Below, piece after piece: positions 9,877-19,013 of a stretch of DNA of 64,000 bases. This DNA comes from a virus. The stretch spans positions 1 to 64,000 of the IMG/VR virus record IMGVR_UViG_3300028384_001071. One strand, written 5' to 3'. Under the pieces are notes generated by a model that saw only the letters and a list, made by a program, of their open reading frames with translations, had not been told where the DNA came from and ran no database searches. Each line of letters begins with the position of its first letter. The first letter of the stretch is position 1. Both the position numbers and the translations under genes were made by a program.

Positions 9877-10281
9877 GTGGAAATTAAGCTTTACCCTGAT
9901 CCGATCTTGAGTGAATTGATGCCTCTCGGCGACATGCCGAGCCAAGATGAACTCCATGAGTTCCATCAGTTCTATAATAGCATCCCAAATGCTATAGGAT
10001 TGGCAGCCCCACAAGTCGGCATTCGGAACCGATACTTCCTGTTCGATGGATACTTCGCCTTCAATCCTGTGGTCATCCAATGGGGTGATATTATGATCGA
10101 TGGTTATGAATCATGTCTGTCGATCCCTGGATTCAAAATCAAGAAGAGCCGCTCGAAAAAGATCAAGGTTGTATTCACAGACCCTGACGGTGTACGTGTT
10201 ACCCGTCAGTTGGTCAGACGTGAAGCCGTGGTCTTTCAACATGAACTTGACCATCTTAATGGAGTCCTGCTGAATGACTAA
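9877..10281 (+). CDS. def: Peptide deformylase
   Basis: GLAAPQVG, ESCLSIPG and QHELDHLNG motifs. Confidence 0.93.
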   Translation: MEIKLYPDPILSELMPLGDMPSQDELHEFHQFYNSIPNAIGLAAPQVGIRNRYFLFDGYFAFNPVVIQWGDIMIDGYESCLSIPGFKIKKSRSKKIKVVFTDPDGVRVTRQLVRREAVVFQHELDHLNGVLLND

Positions 10282-10367
10282 AGCCGCCGTGCCAAGGTCG
10301 GGATCTCTGACCGGGAGCTATGAAGCAACAGCCGCAGCCCACTTAGCCGACGTACAGAGAGGATTGG

Positions 10368-10754
10368 ATGCTATTCAAGGAAACGATCCGAGTTGGCGGT
10401 GAGGTCTATCTGCACCGTCGTATGTTGTTCCCGAAGAACCGCTGGTTCAACGTCTACTATCACAAGTTCATGCGAGATGACGATCATCGAGCCCATCATG
10501 ATCACCCATTCATCTCCCTGTCCGTGTGTCTGAAGAATGGGTACTACGAAGAGTTCCCAGATGGGACAGTTAAGAGGCGGAGAGCCGGGAGCCTAGTCTT
10601 CCGACGTGCCATCCACAAGCACATTATCAAGCTGGTCAATGGAAGACCAGCCCACACTATCTTCATTGTCGGACCTATGATCCGGGAATGGGGATTCTGG
10701 TGTAACGGAACATTCAAACACCATCAGGAGTATCACGATGATCACGGCTGCTGA
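10368..10754 (+). CDS. Cupin-fold protein
   Basis: HDHPF...GYYEE...H, REWGF phage cupin pattern. Confidence 0.7.
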   Translation: MLFKETIRVGGEVYLHRRMLFPKNRWFNVYYHKFMRDDDHRAHHDHPFISLSVCLKNGYYEEFPDGTVKRRRAGSLVFRRAIHKHIIKLVNGRPAHTIFIVGPMIREWGFWCNGTFKHHQEYHDDHGC

Positions 10755-10956
10755 AAGACTCGTGGAGTATATCGGACCTATTGAAGGTCTGCAAGGTGAA
10801 CGAGCCTTGATGAAGTCAGACGGAACGGTTCAATTCAACCGTCACGATCTGACAAGAGCAGGTGTCCTACCTGATGTAGATCAGCACATCGACATAGGAG
10901 TGCTGCTCGCCTACAACTGGCATGAGTTCCCCGAGGGGAGTTTCGCCCTGTTATGA
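10738..10956 (+). CDS. Hypothetical protein
   Basis: AGGAG RBS. Confidence 0.5.
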   Translation: MITAAERLVEYIGPIEGLQGERALMKSDGTVQFNRHDLTRAGVLPDVDQHIDIGVLLAYNWHEFPEGSFALL

Positions 10957-11090
10957 GATTGCGAATTAACCAATGGGCTGAACGACTATGCGTCGAACAG
11001 TTCAAGCAACGGTACAAGAACCCCGACCATAAGTGGCCGTGGTGGTTGCCAATCATCTCCAAGATAGAACTCTGGACAAGGTAATACAAG

Positions 11091-11561
11091 ATGCGTAGAA
11101 GAGCATTCTTGAAGTCGATGGCAGCCGCAGTTGTGGTTACCACGACTCCAATCGTACTGACGCGTTCAAAAGACGTGACACTGGAAGGTGTCCGAATCAA
11201 ACCGTTCTACACAAATCACCAGTGGCGTGGGATGCAGACGCGTCTTTACGAACTTGCAGAACGTGTACCGGACCATTGGCATTATCCAAAGCAGCGAGAC
11301 ATCGCACTCACTAGCACAAATAACTCGCTCGCTGGGCACTCTCTCGGTAACACAAACAATCCCCTCCACCCTTACATTCAAAAGTATGGGTATTATGAGA
11401 TGGACTGGCAGCAACAACGTTCACCTGAAGTAATCGAGTACATAACACTCGAACGACTCCTCGCATGTGTCTGTGTCCTACCGACTGCTGAGACCATCTC
11501 AACGAAACGACTCATTGAGAGTCACGGGCTGGTGGGGATTAGAAAGCGAATCGATGGATAA
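11091..11561 (+). CDS. Twin-arginine signal-bearing protein
   Basis: MRRRAFLKSMAAAVVV. Confidence 0.6.
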   Translation: MRRRAFLKSMAAAVVVTTTPIVLTRSKDVTLEGVRIKPFYTNHQWRGMQTRLYELAERVPDHWHYPKQRDIALTSTNNSLAGHSLGNTNNPLHPYIQKYGYYEMDWQQQRSPEVIEYITLERLLACVCVLPTAETISTKRLIESHGLVGIRKRIDG

Positions 11562-11746
11562 GAAGCAAGCACTCAGTGGTGCTCTAGCCGCCTACGTGAT
11601 AGCCATTGATATGAAGCTGGCAGGCCACGACCCCTCAGAATCAGTCGATGATCTTGTCAAGGACTTCGGAAGGAACTCTACAACACCTGAAGCCATAGTC
11701 GAGGTCGGCGAGTGGTTCAACTGGGAACCAATACTGGACGCAATCG

Positions 11747-12277
11747 ATGATCGATAACTTCGAACACCTACGAGGTCTGATGACCTTCGACGAAGAGCAC
11801 TTCTACTGGTGTCAAGTGATCAAGCGTCGCAAGGAGAATCCCGGCCAACACAAGAACTCGGTGGTCGTGCGGGAATACTACTTCGGGAGTAGTGAGAACT
11901 ACGACTCGAAAGCCGATGAGATTCGAGACCTGTGCCTGAAGCTAAATGCAAGGGCATACGTCAACATCAATCGCCGGAACTGGGAAGACTGTGCACTGAC
12001 AGCCTTGGAGGCACAGGCCAAGTACATACGCAATGGTGATTACAAGGCATCTCGAAATGCCTTCAGCAAGGCGTGTGGGAAGCGACGATCTGAGAAGCGA
12101 TGGATCATTGATGTAGACGATCGTAATCAAGAGGTTGAACCTCCTACAGATGTGATCGCAAAGGTACTGACTCCTAACGGTTACCATCTGATCGTCAAAC
12201 CATTCGATCTCCGTCAGTTCCCGACAGATGAGTTCGATGTTCACAAAGACAATCCGACTGTGGGCTACTGTCCGTAG
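11747..12277 (+). CDS. Conserved phage protein with DxD and TxNGYH motifs (AEP/prim-pol-like catalytic signature)
   Basis: WIIDVDD...TPNGYHLI. Confidence 0.5.
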   Translation: MIDNFEHLRGLMTFDEEHFYWCQVIKRRKENPGQHKNSVVVREYYFGSSENYDSKADEIRDLCLKLNARAYVNINRRNWEDCALTALEAQAKYIRNGDYKASRNAFSKACGKRRSEKRWIIDVDDRNQEVEPPTDVIAKVLTPNGYHLIVKPFDLRQFPTDEFDVHKDNPTVGYCP

Positions 12278-12539
12278 CGGATTTCGATGTGAAATCACCC
12301 AGTCGTCAGACACTCTCTACAGTCCAGTTTCAGAACGTGACCTACCAATCGCACAACTAAATAGAACGTCTCACGTGAGCCGACAGCCGCCTTAAAACGC
12401 ACGTTAGCTGATCGTCAGCCGACAGCCGAACGCTACAGGTTTACGTATACAACTTCCCCTATATTCCCACTATGTTTCTCTACTATTTAATGAGAAGACG
12501 AAAGTTCTGGAGTTAAAGTAGAAGTAGAAGACGTAAGAA

Positions 12540-12566
12540 GTAAACCCTTTGAGAATAAGGGTTTAC
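12540..12566. repeat. Perfect 10-7-10 dyad in a non-coding gap
   Basis: GTAAACCCTT-tgagaat-AAGGGTTTAC. Confidence 0.7.
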
Positions 12567-12645
12567 GACGAGCCTACAATTATCTCGTATATGACGATTG
12601 TACGGATTACCTCCTGATCCTAGCCGATGCGGAATCCGCCCAGCC

Positions 12646-13344
12646 ATGAAATATGTATCAATCGACATCGAGACAACAGGTCTCGACCCTTACTGGCATG
12701 ACCTGCTTGAGATAGGTATCGTCCTTGACGAACTGTTCGTGTCGAACCCTCAACCAGTTGATCAGTTGCCAACCCTCCGAATCATCACGCCTGACCCGCT
12801 CGATCTGTACTGCACGAGTGCCTACTGTGCCTCGATGCACGCAGAGTTGTGGCACCTGTTGAAGATGATGGATCTCACAGAACTCGATGAGCGTATCGCG
12901 GAGTGGTCTGAGTATGTGCGTACTCTTGGTGAGATCGAGTACTGCAAAGAGAACGGCTACCCGTTGATGCCGGAACTCACACCCAATCACTTGCCAGCCG
13001 TCCGAATGAAGACTGGTGAGTTTGTGACATACCCAGCACATGCCGGAGTGGTCATCCGAAGCTTCCTCCAATCATGGCAGTACAATCCTGACAAGATCAT
13101 TGCCGCTGGCAAGAATGTCGCAGGTTTCGACTTGCCGTTCTTGGAAGAACATCTAGACCCGATGATCAACTTCCGACACCGAACACTCGACCCGGCAATC
13201 CTGTACATGGAACCGGGTGACGAAGCCCCTCCAAACCTAAGCCTTTGCAAAGAACGAGCAGGCATGGAGAACACTACTGTAGCCCATGAGGCTCTTCAAG
13301 ATGCGAAGGATGTATGCCACGTACTACGTCACAAACTGTGCTAA
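12646..13344 (+). CDS. DEDDh 3'-5' exonuclease
   Basis: SIDIETTGLD, GKNVAGFDLPFL, HEALQDA. Confidence 0.88.
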   Translation: MKYVSIDIETTGLDPYWHDLLEIGIVLDELFVSNPQPVDQLPTLRIITPDPLDLYCTSAYCASMHAELWHLLKMMDLTELDERIAEWSEYVRTLGEIEYCKENGYPLMPELTPNHLPAVRMKTGEFVTYPAHAGVVIRSFLQSWQYNPDKIIAAGKNVAGFDLPFLEEHLDPMINFRHRTLDPAILYMEPGDEAPPNLSLCKERAGMENTTVAHEALQDAKDVCHVLRHKLC

Positions 13345-14159
13345 CTGACACAGTTGAAGCAGTACGAGCTTGCAAGGGCGATTACGAAGCCGCAGCAAGG
13401 AAGCTAGGCGTTTCGACACAGACTGTGGAGGAACGCCTCAAGGTGCCAGTTGGATACCAACTGCCAAAGCAGAACCCTGAACTCTGGCTGGCCTATTGGG
13501 ACAGCCCGAACATCGAAACGAGAAACGCGTTAGTCGAGGAATACCGACCCTGGGCCGAAAGGTATCTCAAAGCCAAACTAACCCGACTGCCGGAACAGGC
13601 CGACACGGAAGCAATGATCCAAGCAGCCATGATCCGACTGATGGAAGCCATTAGCCGTTACAATGGGTCAACTAAGTTCACAACCTTCATGGCACCTCAT
13701 ATCCGAGGCGGTTCCCTCGATGAGCTACGTCAGCAGGACTGGGTGCCTCGCTTAGCAAGAAGCAAGGAAAGGAAGCGTACGAAGCTGGAAGACGCGGGCC
13801 TGAATCCGAAGGATCATCTAACAGTCAAGGAGTGGGAAGAGTCATTCCCAATCCACGTGAAGTCACTAGCTCAGAAGATCCGAACACGACACAGTAGCAA
13901 TGAGTCCCTCTATCTGGAAGATGTACAAGTCGGAGTCGAGGACGACGATCCTGTTGAACGGTTAGACATCCTACGAACCGTGACAAAGGGTCTGAACAAG
14001 GACGAACGCCTCATCATTATCCTGTACTACTACGAGCAGGTAACAATGAAGGAAATCGGGAAGACCCTAGGGGTGAGCGAATCCCGCGTGAGTCAGATAC
14101 ACTCGAACATCATCGCAAGGCTCAAGCAATTACCTCATGTAGTCGAAGCATTCCGATGA
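13314..14159 (+). CDS. FliA/WhiG-family (sigma28-like) RNA polymerase sigma factor with extra N-terminal HTH
   Basis: IRGGSLDELRQQDWVPR (region 2); ERLIIILYYYEQVTMKEIGKTLGVSESRVSQIH (region 4). Confidence 0.9.
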   Translation: MPRTTSQTVLTDTVEAVRACKGDYEAAARKLGVSTQTVEERLKVPVGYQLPKQNPELWLAYWDSPNIETRNALVEEYRPWAERYLKAKLTRLPEQADTEAMIQAAMIRLMEAISRYNGSTKFTTFMAPHIRGGSLDELRQQDWVPRLARSKERKRTKLEDAGLNPKDHLTVKEWEESFPIHVKSLAQKIRTRHSSNESLYLEDVQVGVEDDDPVERLDILRTVTKGLNKDERLIIILYYYEQVTMKEIGKTLGVSESRVSQIHSNIIARLKQLPHVVEAFR

Positions 14160-14542
14160 GACTATACATCTTGAAGAATGGGCTGGTGATCAATCCCAAC
14201 ACTGATTGCGTCGTGACCAATGACGCAGTCATGGCGAACATTCCGATCAACTGGTCGTATCAGGATGTAGCCGGTCACTACGAAATCCCCACAGTAATCG
14301 ATGTGTATTCACACAGACCCAGCCCCGGACTCTTGAATAGTCTGAGGTGGATGTGCATATACATCTCAGAGAAAGTAGATAGGAAGGAGAAGTTCAACAC
14401 CGAGGTCGTAATACCATTGCCAGCTCTGTATAACACATTCAGAACCCGCTGGTCCAATAACGCTATCCTAGAAGTCTACTTCCCTGAGGACTTCGGCGGG
14501 CTTCCCCAACCCGAACATGACGCATTCTTGGAGTTACTATGA
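14156..14542 (+). CDS. Hypothetical protein
   Basis: ATGA coupling. Confidence 0.55.
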   Translation: MRLYILKNGLVINPNTDCVVTNDAVMANIPINWSYQDVAGHYEIPTVIDVYSHRPSPGLLNSLRWMCIYISEKVDRKEKFNTEVVIPLPALYNTFRTRWSNNAILEVYFPEDFGGLPQPEHDAFLELL

Positions 14543-14937
14543 GGGACCAAGCTAGGTGATCCTCCAACTACGGATAGATCACATCAAGAACGGTACTGCA
14601 TTCTGCAACTACGAGGACACCTACCTCGAAGTACCGCATAATAACTACGAAGCCGGGCAACTGGTGGAAGTAGAAGTTACAACTGACACTGTCCAGATTA
14701 ACCGAACCGTCACGTATCGTGAGTGGTTTGATAACGCCGGGAGGATAATGTGAAGATTGAAGACCTTAAGGAGAAGATCGGCCTGAGAACCGCAGCCGTA
14801 TGCGGGAACTGCAAGAACTACACACCTCCCGATAGTGTAGAGAAACCCAACGGTCATTGCGGGAAGTGGCTGCCACTCGTACACTTCGTCGTCGGATCTC
14901 TCGAAGTCTGCGTAAACCACGAATTCCGATTCCGATC

Positions 14938-15417
14938 ATGATCGGAACCCCAAATGATGAGCTTCGCGACGAGCTGTATACCCAGAACATCGATGGCGGT
15001 ATGTCGCACGAGGAAGCAGAAGCCGAAGCTCTAGGCATGATCCCACGCTCATGGTGGGAACGACTCTTCAAGATGCACTGGGTACCGCCAACATTGTGCC
15101 AAGCCTGCCGTGGCATAATGGAATGGGACGGACCCACATTAACCTGCTGGCATTGTGATGCTGACGAGTACGAATCGCTGGGAGCCGTACCTGTAAAGCC
15201 GACAGAGCATCCTCAGGATTACGGGAGGTTCAAGCTGTACTTCCCAACTGGTGATCCTGTAGTCCGTGCGATGTTAGTGTGGGATGACCATGACTTCTAC
15301 TTTGAAAACCTAGCCGATGGTGGTCGCATTTCGGATAAGCCCAGCCGCATAGTTAAGGATAACCATGATCTTCTACACTCAACGTCGGGCCGATGTTCCG
15401 TACACACTCAAGAGTAA
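14938..15417 (+). CDS. Zinc-ribbon-containing hypothetical protein
   Basis: CQAC...CWHC; ATGA coupling at 14938. Confidence 0.55.
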   Translation: MIGTPNDELRDELYTQNIDGGMSHEEAEAEALGMIPRSWWERLFKMHWVPPTLCQACRGIMEWDGPTLTCWHCDADEYESLGAVPVKPTEHPQDYGRFKLYFPTGDPVVRAMLVWDDHDFYFENLADGGRISDKPSRIVKDNHDLLHSTSGRCSVHTQE

Positions 15418-15634
15418 AGGCTACGTCAAAGTCCGCCGAGTCTGGGTGGATGGTAACTGGCAAGGTTACAACAAGCACACCCAACAGTGGGAAGAGATCC
15501 GCAATCTCGATAGCTGGTATGACACCGGACCCTATGACGATCCAGCCAAGGTTATGCTCTACGGAGCCTTGACATTCACAGCCCTAATCGCAGGAGGCAT
15601 AATCGCATGGCACTTAGCCCTCAAAGACTGTTAA
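15365..15634 (+). CDS. Hypothetical protein with C-terminal transmembrane segment
   Basis: Hydrophobic C-terminus. Confidence 0.5.
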   Translation: MIFYTQRRADVPYTLKSKGYVKVRRVWVDGNWQGYNKHTQQWEEIRNLDSWYDTGPYDDPAKVMLYGALTFTALIAGGIIAWHLALKDC

Positions 15635-15870
15635 ATTACCATATCTGCCAGGCCGAAGGCCTACTACCTCCACGCCTGAAGGAGACAGTCAGAGTTCTGG
15701 CAGATGCACAAGCAAAGCTAGCCCACTACTCGAAGCTAGTCAATGGCCTGTCTATCCATCTAGCCTATCAATCTCCAGACAGCAAGCATGTCGTCGAGAC
15801 TGATGACGGCACCTACATAGTCACCACAACCGGCAGTACCGCCAGCATCCGAAAGGTCGGGAAGTCATGA
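15607..15870 (+). CDS. Hypothetical protein
   Basis: GGAGG RBS. Confidence 0.55.
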   Translation: MALSPQRLLNYHICQAEGLLPPRLKETVRVLADAQAKLAHYSKLVNGLSIHLAYQSPDSKHVVETDDGTYIVTTTGSTASIRKVGKS

Positions 15871-16085
15871 ACGCTCAGGAAGTTCAAGAAGCCACCCAAC
15901 TGTTCTATCGAATGAACAACCTCATCAACAGGACACGAGAGCGGAAGCTACGTGAGATGACCGAGTCAGATGAGGTAGCCCACGGCGAAGATTACAGGGC
16001 AGGATTCGAGGCAGCATCCAAACTGCTACTAATCGAGGCCAGAGACATCGACGTGGATGAACTGATGGCAGCCGTCGGCTCGTGA
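15867..16085 (+). CDS. Hypothetical protein
   Basis: ATGA coupling; last gene before the terminator. Confidence 0.55.
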   Translation: MNAQEVQEATQLFYRMNNLINRTRERKLREMTESDEVAHGEDYRAGFEAASKLLLIEARDIDVDELMAAVGS

Positions 16086-16168
16086 CTGTCGAGACAAATA
16101 GAGAAAGCCCCGCATCAGCCATCGGCTCGTGACTGTCAAGACAAATAGAGAAAGCCCCGCATCAGCCA
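16075..16168. repeat. 47-bp tandem duplication (1 mismatch) covering the left arm of the terminator
   Basis: tcggctcgtgactgtc(g/a)agacaaatagagaaagccccgcatcagcca x2. Confidence 0.9.
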
Positions 16169-16189
16169 CAGTGGCTGATGCGGGGCTTT
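16151..16189. terminator. Bidirectional intrinsic terminator between convergent operons
   Basis: aaagccccgcatcagcca-cag-tggctgatgcggggcttt, perfect 18-bp stem. Confidence 0.85.
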
Positions 16190-16195
16190 GTTCGT

Positions 16196-16609
16196 TTACG
16201 AAGACCGGTACGATAAGCCAGGGCCGTGAGCCGAGACCGTATCGCCGAGAGCCGTGTGCCGAGCTATCACGCCAAGCACGTAGTTGATGCCGAACGTCCC
16301 TTTAAGGAACTGATTCCCAGACTCCGACTTAATGTCGATAGTGTAAGTATCCCCACGATCCGCGAGATCAACACCATCCTTCCAAGCCAGAACCGTACCA
16401 ACCGAAGCCCGTGAACAGGGCAAGTGGTAGAACTCGATAGTGTCACCGTTAGATGCAACACTGCCGACAATACCATCTTCGATCTCGATGAAGACTTGGT
16501 CGTCACCTTGAAGCCGAAGCTGGACATTGGGGCCAGCCCGTACGATGATGTCGGCCTCGAAGTCCGAGTCCGAGGACGCACAAGCATATTCAGATATCTT
16601 CAACATTAT
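16196..16609 (-). CDS. Hypothetical early protein
   Basis: GGAGG RBS, ATG overlapping the upstream stop. Confidence 0.6.
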   Translation of the reverse strand: MMLKISEYACASSDSDFEADIIVRAGPNVQLRLQGDDQVFIEIEDGIVGSVASNGDTIEFYHLPCSRASVGTVLAWKDGVDLADRGDTYTIDIKSESGNQFLKGTFGINYVLGVIARHTALGDTVSAHGPGLSYRSS

Positions 16610-17004
16610 CCCTCCAATGATAAGTGAGTGACCTTGGTCAGTTCGAATGACCTGACCCCTGCTGGTGAACCAATCACCGGCTTCTTGGCTGATGGCCCCA
16701 GCCAATCGACTAGGTCTTCGAACGTAAGTTCATTACCGGCCGCGTCAATGTAGGAATCCTTACCACGAACCAAGTCAGCCAGTTCGATGTAAGTCTTCCC
16801 ATTGTGCTCGACAATGTTGCCGTTCCGTTTGCCCCACTGTCGGACACCAGTCCCCGGAGGTCGAAGATAGCCAATAAAGGCCGATGTCTTGATAACGCCA
16901 TCCCAAGGGCATGACTTCTTCAACCGGGGTGAGGACTGGTAGCCAATAGCGAGACGACAAGGAACAGATAGTTGCTGCACCTGAGCCACGCTAACGTTCA
17001 TTGA
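16606..17004 (-). CDS. Conserved phage hypothetical protein, paralog of 1795-2292
   Basis: GGAGG RBS; RQWGKR, VEHNGKTYI, VRSFELT. Confidence 0.65.
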   Translation of the reverse strand, partial: SMNVSVAQVQQLSVPCRLAIGYQSSPRLKKSCPWDGVIKTSAFIGYLRPPGTGVRQWGKRNGNIVEHNGKTYIELADLVRGKDSYIDAAGNELTFEDLVDWLGPSAKKPVIGSPAGVRSFELTKVTHLSLEG

Positions 17005-17224
17005 TAACCTCCACTCGAAATCCACATTGTGTAACATCCATGAGCATCAACATCTGACCGTTACGTACAGCCAGACCTTCAAGTCCTCCGTCGTCATTCA
17101 GAATACGAACCTCTTCCCCGTTCCCGAGGTAGTGGGCATTCTGAAACAAGTCGGTAACCGCCGACTCGTAATCAGGATAAACCTGATCACAAGTGTAGGC
17201 CCCGAATGCATCGATAACAATCAT
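16991..17224 (-). CDS. Hypothetical early protein
   Basis: ATGA coupling. Confidence 0.55.
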   Translation of the reverse strand: MIVIDAFGAYTCDQVYPDYESAVTDLFQNAHYLGNGEEVRILNDDGGLEGLAVRNGQMLMLMDVTQCGFRVEVINER

Positions 17225-17433
17225 CGTCCCAACTCCCGACCATCCATCTGGCGTTCAATCTCCCGCTTGGCACGATACGAACGGTAAGGTTCGATCACAA
17301 CCGGGCGGTAACGCCGGCGGTGAGACTGGAGCAGGGTAGCCGTACTCGCAGCCATCACACATAAGACTAAGATCGCAACGATCCCAACCTTAACATCGTG
17401 GATGGTGGAGCCGGCAAGCTTACGCCTTGCCAT
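17221..17433 (-). CDS. Small membrane protein
   Basis: GGAGGTG RBS; hydrophobic VGIVAILVLCVMAASTA. Confidence 0.6.
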   Translation of the reverse strand: MARRKLAGSTIHDVKVGIVAILVLCVMAASTATLLQSHRRRYRPVVIEPYRSYRAKREIERQMDGRELGR

Positions 17434-17452
17434 GTGGCACCTCCGCAAATAC

Positions 17453-17521
17453 TGCACTGAATCCCGCTCACCAACCCTATCACGTTACGAACGTGATGGG
17501 TCCGTTAGCCGAATCAGTGCA
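17453..17521 (-). promoter_or_regulatory. Long imperfect RNA hairpin, RNase III-like processing site candidate
   Basis: tgcactga...atcacgtt-cgt-aacgtgat...tcagtgca. Confidence 0.55.
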
Positions 17522-17556
17522 TGGGAAACCTCAGCGTACTGCTGGAGCCATGAAAT

Positions 17557-18096
17557 TCAAACAAGTCGTGTTACGGCTGACAACGTAGCAGCCACCGACC
17601 CTGTAACATACGCACCTCCATCTTCATAAGTCGCGGCGTACAACAGTGCTTCCCACAGATTGTAAGTCCTGAGGTCAGCACCAAACTGGATGTACGCCCC
17701 TTGATCCAGACAATTACTCGACAGACAATGTCGAGCAGCATCTTGAACGTTACCAGCCACACCTCTGACAGCCCTGAGCTTGTCCTTGACTGTGGTATAT
17801 TCATCGAGGAACACACGAGCCTTCAAGAACCAGACAGGAGCCGTCACAAACCCGGAATCAATACTCCGACCCTCGGGGTCGACAGTACAGATCTGAGTAG
17901 CAGCCTCTTCCCACCATTCGGAGTGAGTACTCCAAGTCTTGATGAGAACCGAACCCGGCGGAATGTCAGCTTCACTCACGGAAGTCGTGAGTGTTGCGAA
18001 TGGTTCTTCACCATCCAGCAAGCAGATAGCTGGCTTCCCCGTAGCTTGATACGTTTCATACTTCACTGTGAGCTTACGCCCGAGTACAGTAATCAT
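17557..18096 (-). CDS. Early protein (N-terminus DUF4313-like), enclosed by stem 18116-18130/17535-17549
   Basis: GAGGTG RBS before ATG 18096; Y...G.PAI.L...EPFATLT pattern. Confidence 0.65.
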   Translation of the reverse strand: MITVLGRKLTVKYETYQATGKPAICLLDGEEPFATLTTSVSEADIPPGSVLIKTWSTHSEWWEEAATQICTVDPEGRSIDSGFVTAPVWFLKARVFLDEYTTVKDKLRAVRGVAGNVQDAARHCLSSNCLDQGAYIQFGADLRTYNLWEALLYAATYEDGGAYVTGSVAATLSAVTRLV

Positions 18097-18139
18097 AGGA
18101 CACCTCATCTCTAAAGGCTCCAGCAGCACGGTACTTCCA

Positions 18140-18293
18140 ATATTGCAAGGCTCTCAGCCCCGGACAACACATCCGGGAGCCGAGAGCCCTGTAATATAAA
18201 TAACCGGACCCCAACTCTCGGCTCACGGCTAACCGCGATTCCGACCAGTGAATTGGTCTACAGACTTGCTGGTCAAGCAGTCAAGCCCGGTTA
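18140..18293 (-). ncRNA. Structured intergenic RNA (multi-hairpin domain plus a long hairpin)
   Basis: Stem 18201-18216/18279-18293 enclosing small hairpins; about 25-bp hairpin 18140-18197 with G-U pairs. Confidence 0.45.
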
Positions 18294-18308
18294 AATAACC
18301 CTCCTTGG

Positions 18309-18422
18309 TTATCGATCGATTTGTGGAACCCGTGGACCCCAGTCCCATTGCGTAGGGTGCTGTATTCCAGCACACCCGCTAAGACACGAGATTGTGATCA
18401 GGGCGATGATGAGTCGTTTCAT
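18309..18422 (-). CDS. 37-aa lipoprotein (not in the ORF track)
   Basis: MKRLIIALITISCLSG|CAGIQHPTQWDWGPRVPQIDR; lipobox LSGC; AAGGA RBS. Confidence 0.75.
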   Translation of the reverse strand: MKRLIIALITISCLSGCAGIQHPTQWDWGPRVPQIDR

Positions 18423-18475
18423 GATATCCATTCCTTTGGTTAAGTGGTGAGTGCCGAGAATCCGGGAGCTTGCAA

Positions 18476-18595
18476 TTAGTCATTCGTAATCATGCGGATA
18501 CAGTGTGAAGACCTTGGTATTTGACCCCACCTCTGCAGCATATCATCCTCACCGTAGTGAGCGACAACTTCGAGTAGGTCAGCACGTTTACGCAT
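18476..18595 (-). CDS. 39-aa early peptide enclosed by stem 18614-18638/18449-18473
   Basis: GAGGTG RBS, ATG 18595; flanked by 25-bp inverted arms. Confidence 0.55.
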   Translation of the reverse strand: MRKRADLLEVVAHYGEDDMLQRWGQIPRSSHCIRMITND

Positions 18596-18672
18596 AGGGC
18601 ACCTCGCTTTCCAGCAAGCTCCCGGATTCTCGACACTCGTACGATGCTTCCATTGACAGCTCCAAGCCGATA

Positions 18673-18942
18673 CTACTCACCGTCTGAAGACATCGCTCCT
18701 GCTACAGCTTGGACAGCTTCGACCGCACGTTGCGACGAACCAGCCAGCTTTATCAACTCACGAGCAGCCGTGAACAGTGTCTTTGAGCTAGGCATTCCCG
18801 GCATACGTTCATCTAGCAGGAACTCCTGCACGCTTCGACCACTGTCCAGAATCATCTGACGCAATAGTTTGCACTCGGCTATTGACGCACCTGTCCGGCG
18901 GACAAGTGACGCCACCTCTGGCATTTCACGTGGATCGCTCAT
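18673..18942 (-). CDS. Early protein, paralog of 19014-19304
   Basis: GAGGTG RBS; shared SVQEFLL and LFxAAxxLxxLAG. Confidence 0.7.
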   Translation of the reverse strand: MSDPREMPEVASLVRRTGASIAECKLLRQMILDSGRSVQEFLLDERMPGMPSSKTLFTAARELIKLAGSSQRAVEAVQAVAGAMSSDGE

Positions 18943-19013
18943 AGGCACCTCACATTCTAGGTGAGAGCATCGGACTCGGAACTGCCAATTAGCAGTTCTG
19001 GCTTGACTGTCGG

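Noticed and set aside
18097-18129. Planctomycete LEPR-xLL-like motif (MLLEPLEMR) at the ORF-track start
   Set aside because: It overlaps the stem arm and SD of the better start at ATG 18096, so it is probably coincidental.
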